Assembly: GCA_020697715.1 (NCBI GenBank) | Contig: JAEHCO010000001.1 | Coordinates: forward strand, 544,001 to 608,000 | Direction of reading: 5' to 3' | DNA: 64,000 bases | Source: Methanobacteriota archaeon | GTDB lineage: Archaea; Thermoplasmatota; Thermoplasmata; SG8-5; JAGLSY01 | In this document: piece after piece, positions 8,442 to 16,899 of the stretch | How positions within the stretch are numbered: position 1 is the stretch's first letter | Layout: every line of letters starts with the position of its first letter | Position numbers and translations under genes: made by a program | The notes under the pieces: model-generated | What the model saw: the letters and a program-made list of their open reading frames with translations, nothing else | The model's database searches: none | Told to the model about the DNA's origin: nothing

Positions 8442-10457
8442 TTAGCCAGACATGAGAGCACTAAGTCGGTATATACCAGTGTCGCAAATATGACTTAGGA
8501 AGCACTTACCGCATTGAGGATTAATTGGCTTGCAGATCTCCTGCCCATGCCTTACTAAAAGGCGGTTGATATCGATCCAGTATTCTTTTGGTAATATCTT
8601 TTCGAGAGCGATCTCGGTATCATCGGGAACCTGAGATCTTACCAATCCCATCAGATTGGATATCCTATGCACATGTGTATCGACGGCGATCGCTGGCCTT
8701 TCAAAACCATAGACCAGTACGCAATTCGCAGTCTTCCTGCCCACACCAGGAAGATCAAGAAGATCATCCATATCCTCCGGCACCTGGGAGCCATGCTTCT
8801 CGACAAGGATCCTCGCGGTCTCCATTATCTTTTTTGTCTTCTGAACATAGAATCCAGCTGGTTTGATAAGTCTCTCCACCTCTTCAGGATCGGCATCGGC
8901 CAGCTTTTCTGGAGTATCGTACACGGCGAACAGATTTTCAGAAGCGATGTGCGTGTTCTGATCGCGTGTTCGTTGGGACAATATCGTGGATATCAGAACA
9001 TTGTATGCATCTCCGGACCTCTTACCCAGTGTTGTTTCGTGACCTGTTTCATCATCAATTTCCCGTCCTGGCTTATAGGTCTCATTTCCTCCCACTTCCA
9101 ACCCAGGAAATGCACCGATGGGATACGCTTTCTTGAGCTCGTGAAATATGATATCGATCCTCAGTTGGTTCAGGTGAGCCAGAGCATCCGAGGCAGTGAA
9201 TATCGAGCCTGTGATAAGTATCGCGGATCTGTCATCATCACCTGCTGTTTTTAGAGCTTTATCTATAGCATCTTTAACCTTCTTTTCAGTGCTTACCTCG
9301 ATGCCCTTCGAGATATGCCTGGCCAATTCCTCCGCCAGCATGGCGCGATGATAATCTGGAGCAGTTATGATGATCTCATCAAATAGGAGTTCGACCTTCT
9401 CCATGAACCCCTTTGTATCCTTATCTTCCAGCATCCCGATAATGCCAATGATCTTTTTATCGGCCAGCTCTTCCAAAACAAAGTCCTTCAATGCCTCGGC
9501 TCCGGGTGGATTGTGGGTTCCGTCCAGTATTACAAGTGGCGAGGTTCTGGCCACTTGTAGCCTCCCCCTCCATCTTGTGGTTTCTATGCCTTTGTGAAGA
9601 TCATCCTGGTCGATCTCGTATCCCAGTTCGACCAGTTTATCAATCGCGGCAATGCTGATCATCGCATTGCCGATCTGGTGCTTGCCAGCAAGTGGAACCC
9701 GAATGTTCTTCATGATCCCATTCGGGGTTTTGATATCGACATCTGATCCATAAATATCGGACTCGATCCTCAGGGCCTGGTAATCGTCATGTACCAGTAT
9801 CAATCCTGCCTTCATTTTTTTGGCCTTTTTCTGTATAATGTCAATGGCATCCGCCTGTCTGGCCCCACAAATAACAGGCCGGTTCTTTTTGATGATCCCG
9901 GCCTTCTCAAAAGCAATGTCCCGGATGCTGTCACCCAAGTGCTGGACATGATCAAGACCGATGTTCGTAATTACAGAAATAATTGGATCCGTAACATTGG
10001 TCGAGTCCAGACGCCCTCCCATGCCGACTTCCATGATGGCGATGTCCACTTTTTTCCGAGAAAATATGTCGAAAGCCATCGAGGTCGTGGCCTCGAAGAA
10101 GGTGCATTTTATCTCATCATCACGACTGGCCAGCTTCTCGATCTTCGGCTTAATTCGCTTGATCGAGTTGGCGATATCCCCCTCGCTTACAGGAAACCCA
10201 TTTACCGCGATCCTCTCTGCGAAATCACTCAGATGCGGGGAAGTGTAGGTTCCCACCTTGTAGCCAGCTTTTACCAGTATGCTGGTCAGAATAGCACAGA
10301 CCGAGCCTTTTCCATTGGTTCCAGCCACATGGATTATCTTCAGTTTTTCATGTGGACTTCCCAGCTCGGCCAGTAAAGCCTCTGTATTGGCCAGCCCCAG
10401 TTTCATACCGTGCCACTGGAGATCGTATAGCCATTCGAGATGTTCATCATAGTTCAT
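8442..10457 (-). CDS. FolC (dihydrofolate/folylpolyglutamate synthase) fused to endonuclease III (Nth)
   Basis: N-terminal HVAGTNGKGS, YTSPHL, EVGMGGRLDSTN and LDGTHNP. C-terminal ILSQRT, HhH LPGVGRKTAN, VDTHVHR and [4Fe-4S] motif CKPINPQCGKCFLSHIC. One uninterrupted ORF. Confidence 0.92.
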   Translation of the reverse strand: MNYDEHLEWLYDLQWHGMKLGLANTEALLAELGSPHEKLKIIHVAGTNGKGSVCAILTSILVKAGYKVGTYTSPHLSDFAERIAVNGFPVSEGDIANSIKRIKPKIEKLASRDDEIKCTFFEATTSMAFDIFSRKKVDIAIMEVGMGGRLDSTNVTDPIISVITNIGLDHVQHLGDSIRDIAFEKAGIIKKNRPVICGARQADAIDIIQKKAKKMKAGLILVHDDYQALRIESDIYGSDVDIKTPNGIMKNIRVPLAGKHQIGNAMISIAAIDKLVELGYEIDQDDLHKGIETTRWRGRLQVARTSPLVILDGTHNPPGAEALKDFVLEELADKKIIGIIGMLEDKDTKGFMEKVELLFDEIIITAPDYHRAMLAEELARHISKGIEVSTEKKVKDAIDKALKTAGDDDRSAILITGSIFTASDALAHLNQLRIDIIFHELKKAYPIGAFPGLEVGGNETYKPGREIDDETGHETTLGKRSGDAYNVLISTILSQRTRDQNTHIASENLFAVYDTPEKLADADPEEVERLIKPAGFYVQKTKKIMETARILVEKHGSQVPEDMDDLLDLPGVGRKTANCVLVYGFERPAIAVDTHVHRISNLMGLVRSQVPDDTEIALEKILPKEYWIDINRLLVRHGQEICKPINPQCGKCFLSHICDTGIYRLSALMSG

Positions 10458-10515
10458 GGTAGCGGTACTGGATTTGATAACATCATATTAAAATCCCGCC
10501 CCATTATGTTTAGAT

Positions 10516-12060
10516 CTAATGCTTCAAACACCGCATACCGGTGAACACCATCGCGATATCATTCTCATTCGCGCAGTCAATGACTTCCTGGTCTCGGATC
10601 GACCCACCAGGATGAATTATGGCAGTGATCCCAGCCTTGGCAGCGGCCTCCACACTGTCCTTGAAGGGAAAGAACGCGTCGCTGGCCATGATCGCTCCTT
10701 TGGCACTATCGCCCGCTTTCTTTATCGCGATATCCACAGCACCCACCCGACTTACTTGGCCAGGCCCGACACCGATCATAACTTTGTCTTTGGCTAGAGC
10801 TATTCCATTGGAGTTAACGTGCTTGACCACTTTCCAACCGAATATCATGTCCTCCATTTCCTTGGCCGTTGGCTCGCGGTTTGTCACGGTTTTCAAAGTA
10901 GATGGATCAAGAACTTCCAGGTCTCTTGATTGAACCAGTAGGCCACCTGTAACTCTTTTGATATCCGTGTTCGGCATCTTGTCTCCAAGCTCGCCAGTCT
11001 CAAGAAGCATGACCTTTTTCTTTTCCAGAATAGGTAATGAATCCGGGTGGAAGGAAGGAGCTATTATGCAATCTAAAAATATTTTCCTCATGGCGGTAGC
11101 CGTGTCCACATCCAGCTCCCTGTTCAGGCTGACGATCCCGCCATAGGCCGATAAGGGGTCCGCTCCCAGGGCTTGTTTGAAAGCATCCGCGATATTGCCC
11201 GCACTGGCAACTCCGCTGGGATTCATGTGCTTGACCACCGCCACTGTCGGCTCTTCAAAATCCTTCACAAGCTCGATGGCCGCGTCTATGTCCAGTATAT
11301 TGTTGAATGACAATCCTTTACCTTTCAATTTCTTAGAATTCGCGATGCAAGGTTCCTTCAATTCGATATCTCGATAGAAGGCCGCTGTCTGATAGGGATT
11401 TTCTCCATATCGCAGATCTTGAACTTTCTTGAATGGTAATATGTATCTTTGTGGAAATTCATCACCGCCCAGCATACTTCCGAGCTTCTGAGATATGATC
11501 GCATCGTATTCCGCAGTTCGGGAGAATGCCTCGACAGCCAGTTTTCTTCTGGTGTCAAGGCTGACATCCCCATTTTTCTTTATCTCTTCCACCACAGCCT
11601 GATATTGTGCTGGCTCGATCACGATGATGGTATTTTCATGGTTCTTGGCAGCCGCTCTCACCATCGTCGGTCCGCCGATGTCGATGTTCTCTATAGCGTC
11701 CTCCACTGTCACGGCCGCTTTTTTCATGGTCTCTTCGAAAGGATACAAGTTCACGGCAACCAGATCGATCATGGCTAATTTGTGCTTCTTCATCTGTTCG
11801 ATATGATCTGGATCATCCTTTTTCGCCAGTATGCCCGCGTGTATGGCCGGATGGAGGGTCTTAACTCTGCCATCCAGTATCTCGGGGAATGAGATGATAT
11901 CCGATATTCTTTTGACATCGATACCGCCTTCATGAAGTGTCTTGAAGGTACCGCCAGTGGAAATTATCTCCCAATCCATTTCTGCCAATTGACTGGCGAA
12001 TTGCAATACATCTGTTTTGTCCGAAACACTGATAAGAGCTCTTTTGGAATCTTCGACCAA
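10516..12060 (-). CDS. purH: Bifunctional AICAR transformylase/IMP cyclohydrolase
   Basis: ALISVSDK, STGGT, GRVKTLHP, IDIGGP, LRYGENP, ASDAFFPF and PGGSIRD. Probable TTG start at 12060 after a GGAG SD; the ORF track starts it at 12138. Confidence 0.95.
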   Translation of the reverse strand: MVEDSKRALISVSDKTDVLQFASQLAEMDWEIISTGGTFKTLHEGGIDVKRISDIISFPEILDGRVKTLHPAIHAGILAKKDDPDHIEQMKKHKLAMIDLVAVNLYPFEETMKKAAVTVEDAIENIDIGGPTMVRAAAKNHENTIIVIEPAQYQAVVEEIKKNGDVSLDTRRKLAVEAFSRTAEYDAIISQKLGSMLGGDEFPQRYILPFKKVQDLRYGENPYQTAAFYRDIELKEPCIANSKKLKGKGLSFNNILDIDAAIELVKDFEEPTVAVVKHMNPSGVASAGNIADAFKQALGADPLSAYGGIVSLNRELDVDTATAMRKIFLDCIIAPSFHPDSLPILEKKKVMLLETGELGDKMPNTDIKRVTGGLLVQSRDLEVLDPSTLKTVTNREPTAKEMEDMIFGWKVVKHVNSNGIALAKDKVMIGVGPGQVSRVGAVDIAIKKAGDSAKGAIMASDAFFPFKDSVEAAAKAGITAIIHPGGSIRDQEVIDCANENDIAMVFTGMRCLKH

Positions 12061-12192
12061 CTTAACATCTCCTTTCGTGGCCTCTCCACTCGACCCAGAT
12101 GATGGATCATAGGGGGACGACCCAACCTCGAATAGCATTCCACGTCATAAACATTGTGAATGGAATTCATTGGAATTCTTGAAAGCCAAATT

Positions 12193-12675
12193 CTATTCCA
12201 GCTTCCCAGAGAGCTCTACCGCCCACTTCCTCACCATCTCCGGATCCGCAGTATCCTTTTTCTCATCTTTATTTCCGCCTGGCTCGGGCATCCTTCCTGG
12301 AAATGCTCGATATTCCAGAGGTTCAAGTCCATATTTCTCGACAAGGGGCCGAAGAAATCTCTCTCTTGCCTGTTCCGGATCCTCGATAGCGATGCCGCTG
12401 GATAAGAATATGACCAGCGTCTTGTTCTTCAAAGCCTTTTGCTTTAAAAATCTCTTCCCACGGCCATAGACCCTGAACATTCTCACCCCAGTTCCCAGGA
12501 TCACATGATCATATTTCGTGATATCTGGCTTTTTGCCCCGTTTCAGATCCACCTGTTCCACCTGGAATCCATTTGCGATCAATATGCCCGCCACGATGCT
12601 GGAATATTCTTCAGTCACTCCGCCCTTTGTGGTATAAGCAATCAGCACTCGTCCCGCTCTTTCATTAGATGCCAT
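12193..12675 (-). CDS. Flavodoxin-like protein (Flavodoxin_5/HemG-like fold)
   Basis: LIAYTTKGGVT FMN-binding loop and YDHVILGTGV. Confidence 0.75.
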   Translation of the reverse strand: MASNERAGRVLIAYTTKGGVTEEYSSIVAGILIANGFQVEQVDLKRGKKPDITKYDHVILGTGVRMFRVYGRGKRFLKQKALKNKTLVIFLSSGIAIEDPEQARERFLRPLVEKYGLEPLEYRAFPGRMPEPGGNKDEKKDTADPEMVRKWAVELSGKLE

Positions 12676-13204
12676 TCAGATCCACCTCACATAATTTACA
12701 GAGCTCGTCATGCAGAGCTCTGGCTCTATCAGCAGCAACATCCAGCCCTTTATCTATACATTCCTGCACGAACATTGCTGACGTAATCTTCGCATCTGGT
12801 GATCCAGGGTTTCCAATAAGATTGTCAGAGTATGCGACTATCTTCTCTTCCAGGGTGACAGGAATATAATCGCCATCAGGAAAACCAAGAGAGCGTGCCT
12901 CTTCAGGTGTCAGGCCTGCGCCTATGTGCTTACGAACGATATCGACAATTCGAGTATCCATGCCTCTTCTTTCGAGTATCTCCACACCTCGTACACCATG
13001 CTGGATATCATGGGTCACACTTCGACCCACGTCGTGCAACAGGGCTCCAGCAGAAATTAATTTCAGATCGACCCCAGCTCTGCATTTCTCTCCGACCTTC
13101 ATAGCCAATGATTCAACGGCCAGGCAGTGCTCGATGACATTTGGCTCGCATCCTTCTTCTTTCAAAACAGTAAGGCATTCTGCCCTTGTCGGAAGTTCGG
13201 TCAT
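12665..13204 (-). CDS. HD-domain phosphohydrolase (archaeal HDIG/TIGR00295-like)
   Basis: VIEHC, LLHDVGR, HGVRG, KHIGAG and EEKIVAYSD. Confidence 0.88.
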   Translation of the reverse strand: MTELPTRAECLTVLKEEGCEPNVIEHCLAVESLAMKVGEKCRAGVDLKLISAGALLHDVGRSVTHDIQHGVRGVEILERRGMDTRIVDIVRKHIGAGLTPEEARSLGFPDGDYIPVTLEEKIVAYSDNLIGNPGSPDAKITSAMFVQECIDKGLDVAADRARALHDELCKLCEVDLNGI

Positions 13205-13719
13205 TCCTCGACCACGACCTTTCCCTTATTGCTCGGTATGATCTTCATCTTGCCTTTAAGTTCCTTCATGGCATTACCATCATGATACCTATCCAGGAAC
13301 ATGGCCAGTGCCGCGACCTCCGAGTGTGGCTGGTTCCCCACCGAGATATTGAAATCCGCGGCCTTGTAAACCTCCCCAGGCACCTTCTCCGCGCCAACTA
13401 TAACGAGAACATTGTTATTGTCGTCTCCATCCTTATCCTTGATGGCAGCCACTGCCTCATCAAGCTCCATACCGTACATGGTGAGGTGGGCGATGATACC
13501 CTTCCACTCGCCAATGATCCTCCTCCATTTGACCCCGGTCTCTATACTGGCCCCCTCGCCAAATCTCTCATTCACACTATTGAATGTGGATTCCAATTCT
13601 CTATCTGCAAGGTCCACCAATATCCTGTCTGCTCCAAAAGCCCTTGCAACAAGACATACATGGGTGGTGATCCGCTTATCCCTTTCAGGTCTATGGCCTA
13701 TCCTCAAGATGGTTATCAT
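13201..13719 (-). CDS. trm56: tRNA (cytidine(56)-2'-O)-methyltransferase
   Basis: LRIGHRPERDKRITTHV, HLTMYG, VGAEKVP and VGNQPHSEVAALA. Confidence 0.95.
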   Translation of the reverse strand: MITILRIGHRPERDKRITTHVCLVARAFGADRILVDLADRELESTFNSVNERFGEGASIETGVKWRRIIGEWKGIIAHLTMYGMELDEAVAAIKDKDGDDNNNVLVIVGAEKVPGEVYKAADFNISVGNQPHSEVAALAMFLDRYHDGNAMKELKGKMKIIPSNKGKVVVEE

Positions 13720-13843
13720 TCTACATCCTCTTTGGTATCTGATATTATACAGTCATATATGAATATCTGGTATATCAATACCCGAGATATCGATGTCTAA
13801 TAGATATCATTTTGATAGATAATATTTCCTATAAAATATGCTC

Positions 13844-14356
13844 TTATTCCACATATATCTCGATCCGATGGCCCCTGTACTCGAGCTTTGCAGATCGTTT
13901 TATGAGTGCTTTCAGCATAATGGCAGAGACCTCGAGCTTCTCAGCCACGTCTCCTGAGAAGGCTCCATCATCCTCTTTTTCAACCATTATGATGATCTCA
14001 TCCTCGATCTTTTTGTATTCCTTATCTGGAATGCCTGCAGCAGCTATGATGTCACTGATCTCGAACACAGATGCGGATGTATTGATATGGAAAGATGAAT
14101 AATATGTGTGATAGGCTTTCACGGGCTTTGTTGAAGTGTTATCATTGGGTTGCTGCCATCTGGTCTCGACGAGCTTCATTTTCTCAAAGATCCTCAAAGC
14201 CTTTCTTCCGTCCTTTCCGAACTTCTCTTCGATAAAGTTGACAGTTTTCCAGTCTACTGAGATCTCCTTGAATATCTCACGTTTAAGGTCTGTGTCCACA
14301 GCTCTGAAGACCGAAACAAGCTCGGCTGGTTCATTTATTACTTTGATTCTGTTCAT
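13844..14356 (-). CDS. Archaeal ArsR-like transcriptional regulator
   Basis: Start at MNRIKVINEPAELV is preferred because the longer ORF-track extension runs antisense through the tRNA. LVETRW...KAYHTYYSSFHIN resembles the conserved euryarchaeal ArsR family. Confidence 0.75.
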   Translation of the reverse strand: MNRIKVINEPAELVSVFRAVDTDLKREIFKEISVDWKTVNFIEEKFGKDGRKALRIFEKMKLVETRWQQPNDNTSTKPVKAYHTYYSSFHINTSASVFEISDIIAAAGIPDKEYKKIEDEIIIMVEKEDDGAFSGDVAEKLEVSAIMLKALIKRSAKLEYRGHRIEIYVE

Positions 14357-14518
14357 GAATACCTGACCCTGTATCCTGTTATAACGATATAAAACCATCT
14401 GAATGAAAACTTGTCGAATATTTATAGGTGTGCTAGGGCGTACACTGGCATGGTGTATCGTAGGATATGTGACAACATCGACAAGTCTAAATATCTCCGC
14501 TTTAATCCCCGAGTCCAA

Positions 14519-14602
14519 GCCGAGATAGCTCAGCCTGGTAGGGCGCAAGACTGGAAATCTTGTGTGGGTTACCACTCGGGAGTTCGAATCTCCCTCTCGG
14601 CG
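14519..14602 (+). tRNA. tRNA-Ser(GGA)
   Basis: GCCGAGA/TCTCGGC acceptor stem, CAAGA-CT-GGA-AA-TCTTG anticodon arm, long variable arm, GGGAG-TTCGAAT-CTCCC T arm and G73. Confidence 0.97.
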
Positions 14603-14745
14603 CTTTTCTTCTAATATAACTCCCGAGCGAGCAGTGCCGGACGATTTTTCTTTTGTAATGGAATACTTGTTCTTTTTGAGTCCGGCCAGCACAGCGAGGA
14701 ATAAAAGAAAAGGCTTCCGTTCTGAATCTCCCTCTCGGCGCTTTT
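14586..14745 (+). repeat. 22-bp direct repeat of the tRNA-Ser 3' end (att-like) flanking a 116-bp insert
   Basis: gaatctccctctcggcgctttt at 14586-14607 and 14724-14745. Confidence 0.9.
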
Positions 14746-14752
14746 ATGTTTT

Positions 14753-14978
14753 GAACATCCTCGTCCTCTATCATTGATATTTCATTACACCAGACGAGGT
14801 TTTCGATTAGGGAGCACTCTGTATTTGTCACTCGCTAGGCCATTGATTTTAGTACCCCGCCCCTGTATTTTTCGGGATTGCTCCGTCTGGCACTGAGATA
14901 TAGAATGACTTCGCAACCTTCGAAATTCTGGATGCCATCATCGAATATAGGGCGAATTTCTTCAGGCGGGGCATGTTC
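14753..14978. repeat. Dispersed structured palindromic element, copy 1 (MITE/REP-like element or ncRNA)
   Basis: Shares ordered blocks gaacatcc.cg.cct / ccagacg.ggttttcga.tagg.agcactctgt / tgtcactcg / tagtaccccgccc / ttcag.cggggcatgtt with 63462-63610. Confidence 0.8.
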
Positions 14979-15008
14979 GAATGCAAATGCCTTGAATAAA
15001 AATTAAAT

Positions 15009-15040
15009 TACAGAGTGAGCGGATCCCCACTCACTCTGTA
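15009..15040 (-). terminator. Stem-loop overlapping the stop codon of the last gene of the dsrE/tusA operon
   Basis: 11-bp perfect inverted repeat tacagagtgag...ctcactctgta, followed on the minus strand by a T-rich tract. Confidence 0.55.
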
Positions 15041-15405
15041 TCATTCATATTATCCAAGGCTATTTTGACCTTGGTATAGCATTCATCCAGGCCTTTTTTT
15101 GCCATCCGGTATAGTTCTTTTTTTGGCACTCGCTGATAATAATTAGAATACCCTCTGGGTGTGCCAGATCTTTTTTCCTTGTAGCAGATCCCGGCTGCAA
15201 CCAGCTTTTCAAGACTTCTGTGTGCGGTGGACCTGTCTTTGCCTATTGCCTCTCCAACATCGTGAGCGGTGATGCCATCATTACTTGGAAGACTTTCAAG
15301 AGCCTTAATATCGGTATCAGTCAGAGCATGTATGCATTTAACGACATCCATACATGATAATGAATTTGGATCCATCCTTGAAAGCTTTCCCATTTTTTCC
15401 ATCAT
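15031..15405 (-). CDS. TrmB-like winged-helix transcriptional regulator with cysteines
   Basis: HTH segment AHDVGEAIGKDRSTAHRSLEKLVAAGICYKEK and an N-terminal CMDVVKC. Confidence 0.82.
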   Translation of the reverse strand: MMEKMGKLSRMDPNSLSCMDVVKCIHALTDTDIKALESLPSNDGITAHDVGEAIGKDRSTAHRSLEKLVAAGICYKEKRSGTPRGYSNYYQRVPKKELYRMAKKGLDECYTKVKIALDNMNDTE

Positions 15406-15422
15406 TGTACCCCATTCCTTGT

Positions 15423-15833
15423 TTAGATGAACAATGTTATGTTCGATTCACTGGCTGCATCCAGATAGGTTCCCACACCGCCGATCTCTGTTACTTCCGG
15501 CCTCAGGCTTTCCTTTGGTGTGTTCATAAGTGCCATGGTCATCTCGCAAGCGACCATCCTGACACCAAGGTCCGCACTGTCCTTTATGAGTTCGTCCAAT
15601 GTCGCAACATTCTGCTTCTTCATTACCTTCTTCATCATTCCAGTGAACATACTGAATTTAGAGAGCTTGGATTTGTCAGCCGCGCCTTTTTTCATGGCCA
15701 TTAAACCCCAGAAAGTGAAGAATATCGTCACGTCCATTCCCTTGGCGGCGGCTCCCGTTGCAAGGATGAAAGCAGCCATTGTCTTATCCAGGTCATTGGC
15801 ATGCATCACGATGGTCATTGATTTTGCAGCCAT
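15423..15833 (-). CDS. DsrE2/DrsE-like (peroxiredoxin-family) sulfur carrier
   Basis: AFILATGAAA, VTIFFTFWGL, ACEMTM and GGVGTYL. Confidence 0.9.
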   Translation of the reverse strand: MAAKSMTIVMHANDLDKTMAAFILATGAAAKGMDVTIFFTFWGLMAMKKGAADKSKLSKFSMFTGMMKKVMKKQNVATLDELIKDSADLGVRMVACEMTMALMNTPKESLRPEVTEIGGVGTYLDAASESNITLFI

Positions 15834-15837
15834 GATA

Positions 15838-16062
15838 TCAACTCTTCTGTACCTTTATGATCCACTTACCGCCTGTTTCCTCAACACCCAATACTGCATC
15901 GCCAGTATCTTTCACCGCTTGCTGTATCTCGTCCTTGGAAACTGCATGGTCACCCTCTATGATGAGGATATCTCCTGCTGCAAGTTTTCTCATTGCTTTC
16001 CTTGTCTCTATCAATGGTTTTGGGCAATTGAGCCCGACTGTGGATATTTTTACTTCTGCCAT
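15838..16062 (-). CDS. tusA: TusA/SirA family sulfurtransferase
   Basis: GLNCPKP (CPxP) motif in a 74-aa protein. Confidence 0.9.
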   Translation of the reverse strand: MAEVKISTVGLNCPKPLIETRKAMRKLAAGDILIIEGDHAVSKDEIQQAVKDTGDAVLGVEETGGKWIIKVQKS

Positions 16063-16110
16063 AGTTTTTCTCTCCTTTTTTTTAAATTTTAAATTACTTT
16101 TAAATTACTA

Positions 16111-16479
16111 TTAGAATGTCAAACAGAAATCATGTTCTTCCAGCAATCCCAGAACATCATCCCATTCGATCAATTCATGGTCCTCTATTAGGTCTGATTC
16201 TAACAGACCGCGTTCTTTCACTGCAGCTCTATCTGCTTTGATAACTCCTCCCAGCTCGATGAAATCAGCCAGTTCATCCAGATTGCTTGGCAGGCCCAGA
16301 TCGTTCGGGTCCTGTCCCTTCACAAGGATGTAGACACCATCCGATCTCAGGAAAAGTGTACATTCTCCGCCTCTGGCAAGTATTGCGTTTGCCAGCTGGA
16401 CCGCTCCGAACCCATCATCCTGATGTCCATATGTTCCGTGTACGAGTGATATCAATACTTTTTTGTTTAAAGATGCCAT
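16111..16479 (-). CDS. DsrF/TusC-like protein
   Basis: HGTYG, LFLRSDGVY, QDP, ERGL and a C-terminal LTF, as in the DsrE/F fold. Confidence 0.75.
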   Translation of the reverse strand: MASLNKKVLISLVHGTYGHQDDGFGAVQLANAILARGGECTLFLRSDGVYILVKGQDPNDLGLPSNLDELADFIELGGVIKADRAAVKERGLLESDLIEDHELIEWDDVLGLLEEHDFCLTF

Positions 16480-16486
16480 GCTTTTC

Positions 16487-16840
16487 TCACCCCGTGAATG
16501 TTATTACTTTGTCAGACTCTGCCAGCATATCCAGGAATCCATACAATCCTGATATCTCCACACCTGGGATGATATCGTCTTCCGTAAGGTCGCGGGCTTC
16601 CGAGCATCTGTGGCAAGCCTTGACCGTGACACCTTTCTTGATCGCCCATCTGAGCCATTCTCCAGCATTGGAGTATTCCTTCTCGGTCTTCACATGCGGG
16701 AGCCAGGCTCCGTCCAGATAAAGGAACATATTGACCTTGTACCCCATCTTCCTGGCTTTCAGAGCCATATTGGCTGCCAGGTCCGCATATTCCGAGATAT
16801 ACGGTCCGCGCAAAAGTAATATCGTCAATGTCTTGCCCAT
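16487..16840 (-). CDS. DsrE/TusD-like sulfur relay protein
   Basis: GPY, FLYLDG, ACHRCSEAR (DsrE active-site Cys) and DKVITF. Start at MGKTLTILL is preferred over 16924. Confidence 0.85.
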   Translation of the reverse strand: MGKTLTILLLRGPYISEYADLAANMALKARKMGYKVNMFLYLDGAWLPHVKTEKEYSNAGEWLRWAIKKGVTVKACHRCSEARDLTEDDIIPGVEISGLYGFLDMLAESDKVITFTG

Positions 16841-16899
16841 GTCCTTCTTCTTTTTCTTTGGTCTGATGGAAGTTGGTAAACTTCCATCACTGCCCGAGT

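Noticed and set aside
12061-12140. ZMP/ZTP or PRPP riboswitch upstream of purH
   Set aside because: Two small hairpins are present, but the consensus elements (e.g. GACUGGCG...CGCCUGGG) are missing. An Rfam scan would settle it.
14357-14831. N-terminal extension of ORF 13844..14692 and ORFs 14411..14614, 14502..14831 and 14562..14777
   Set aside because: They overlap the tRNA-Ser gene and its repeat and show no protein motifs.
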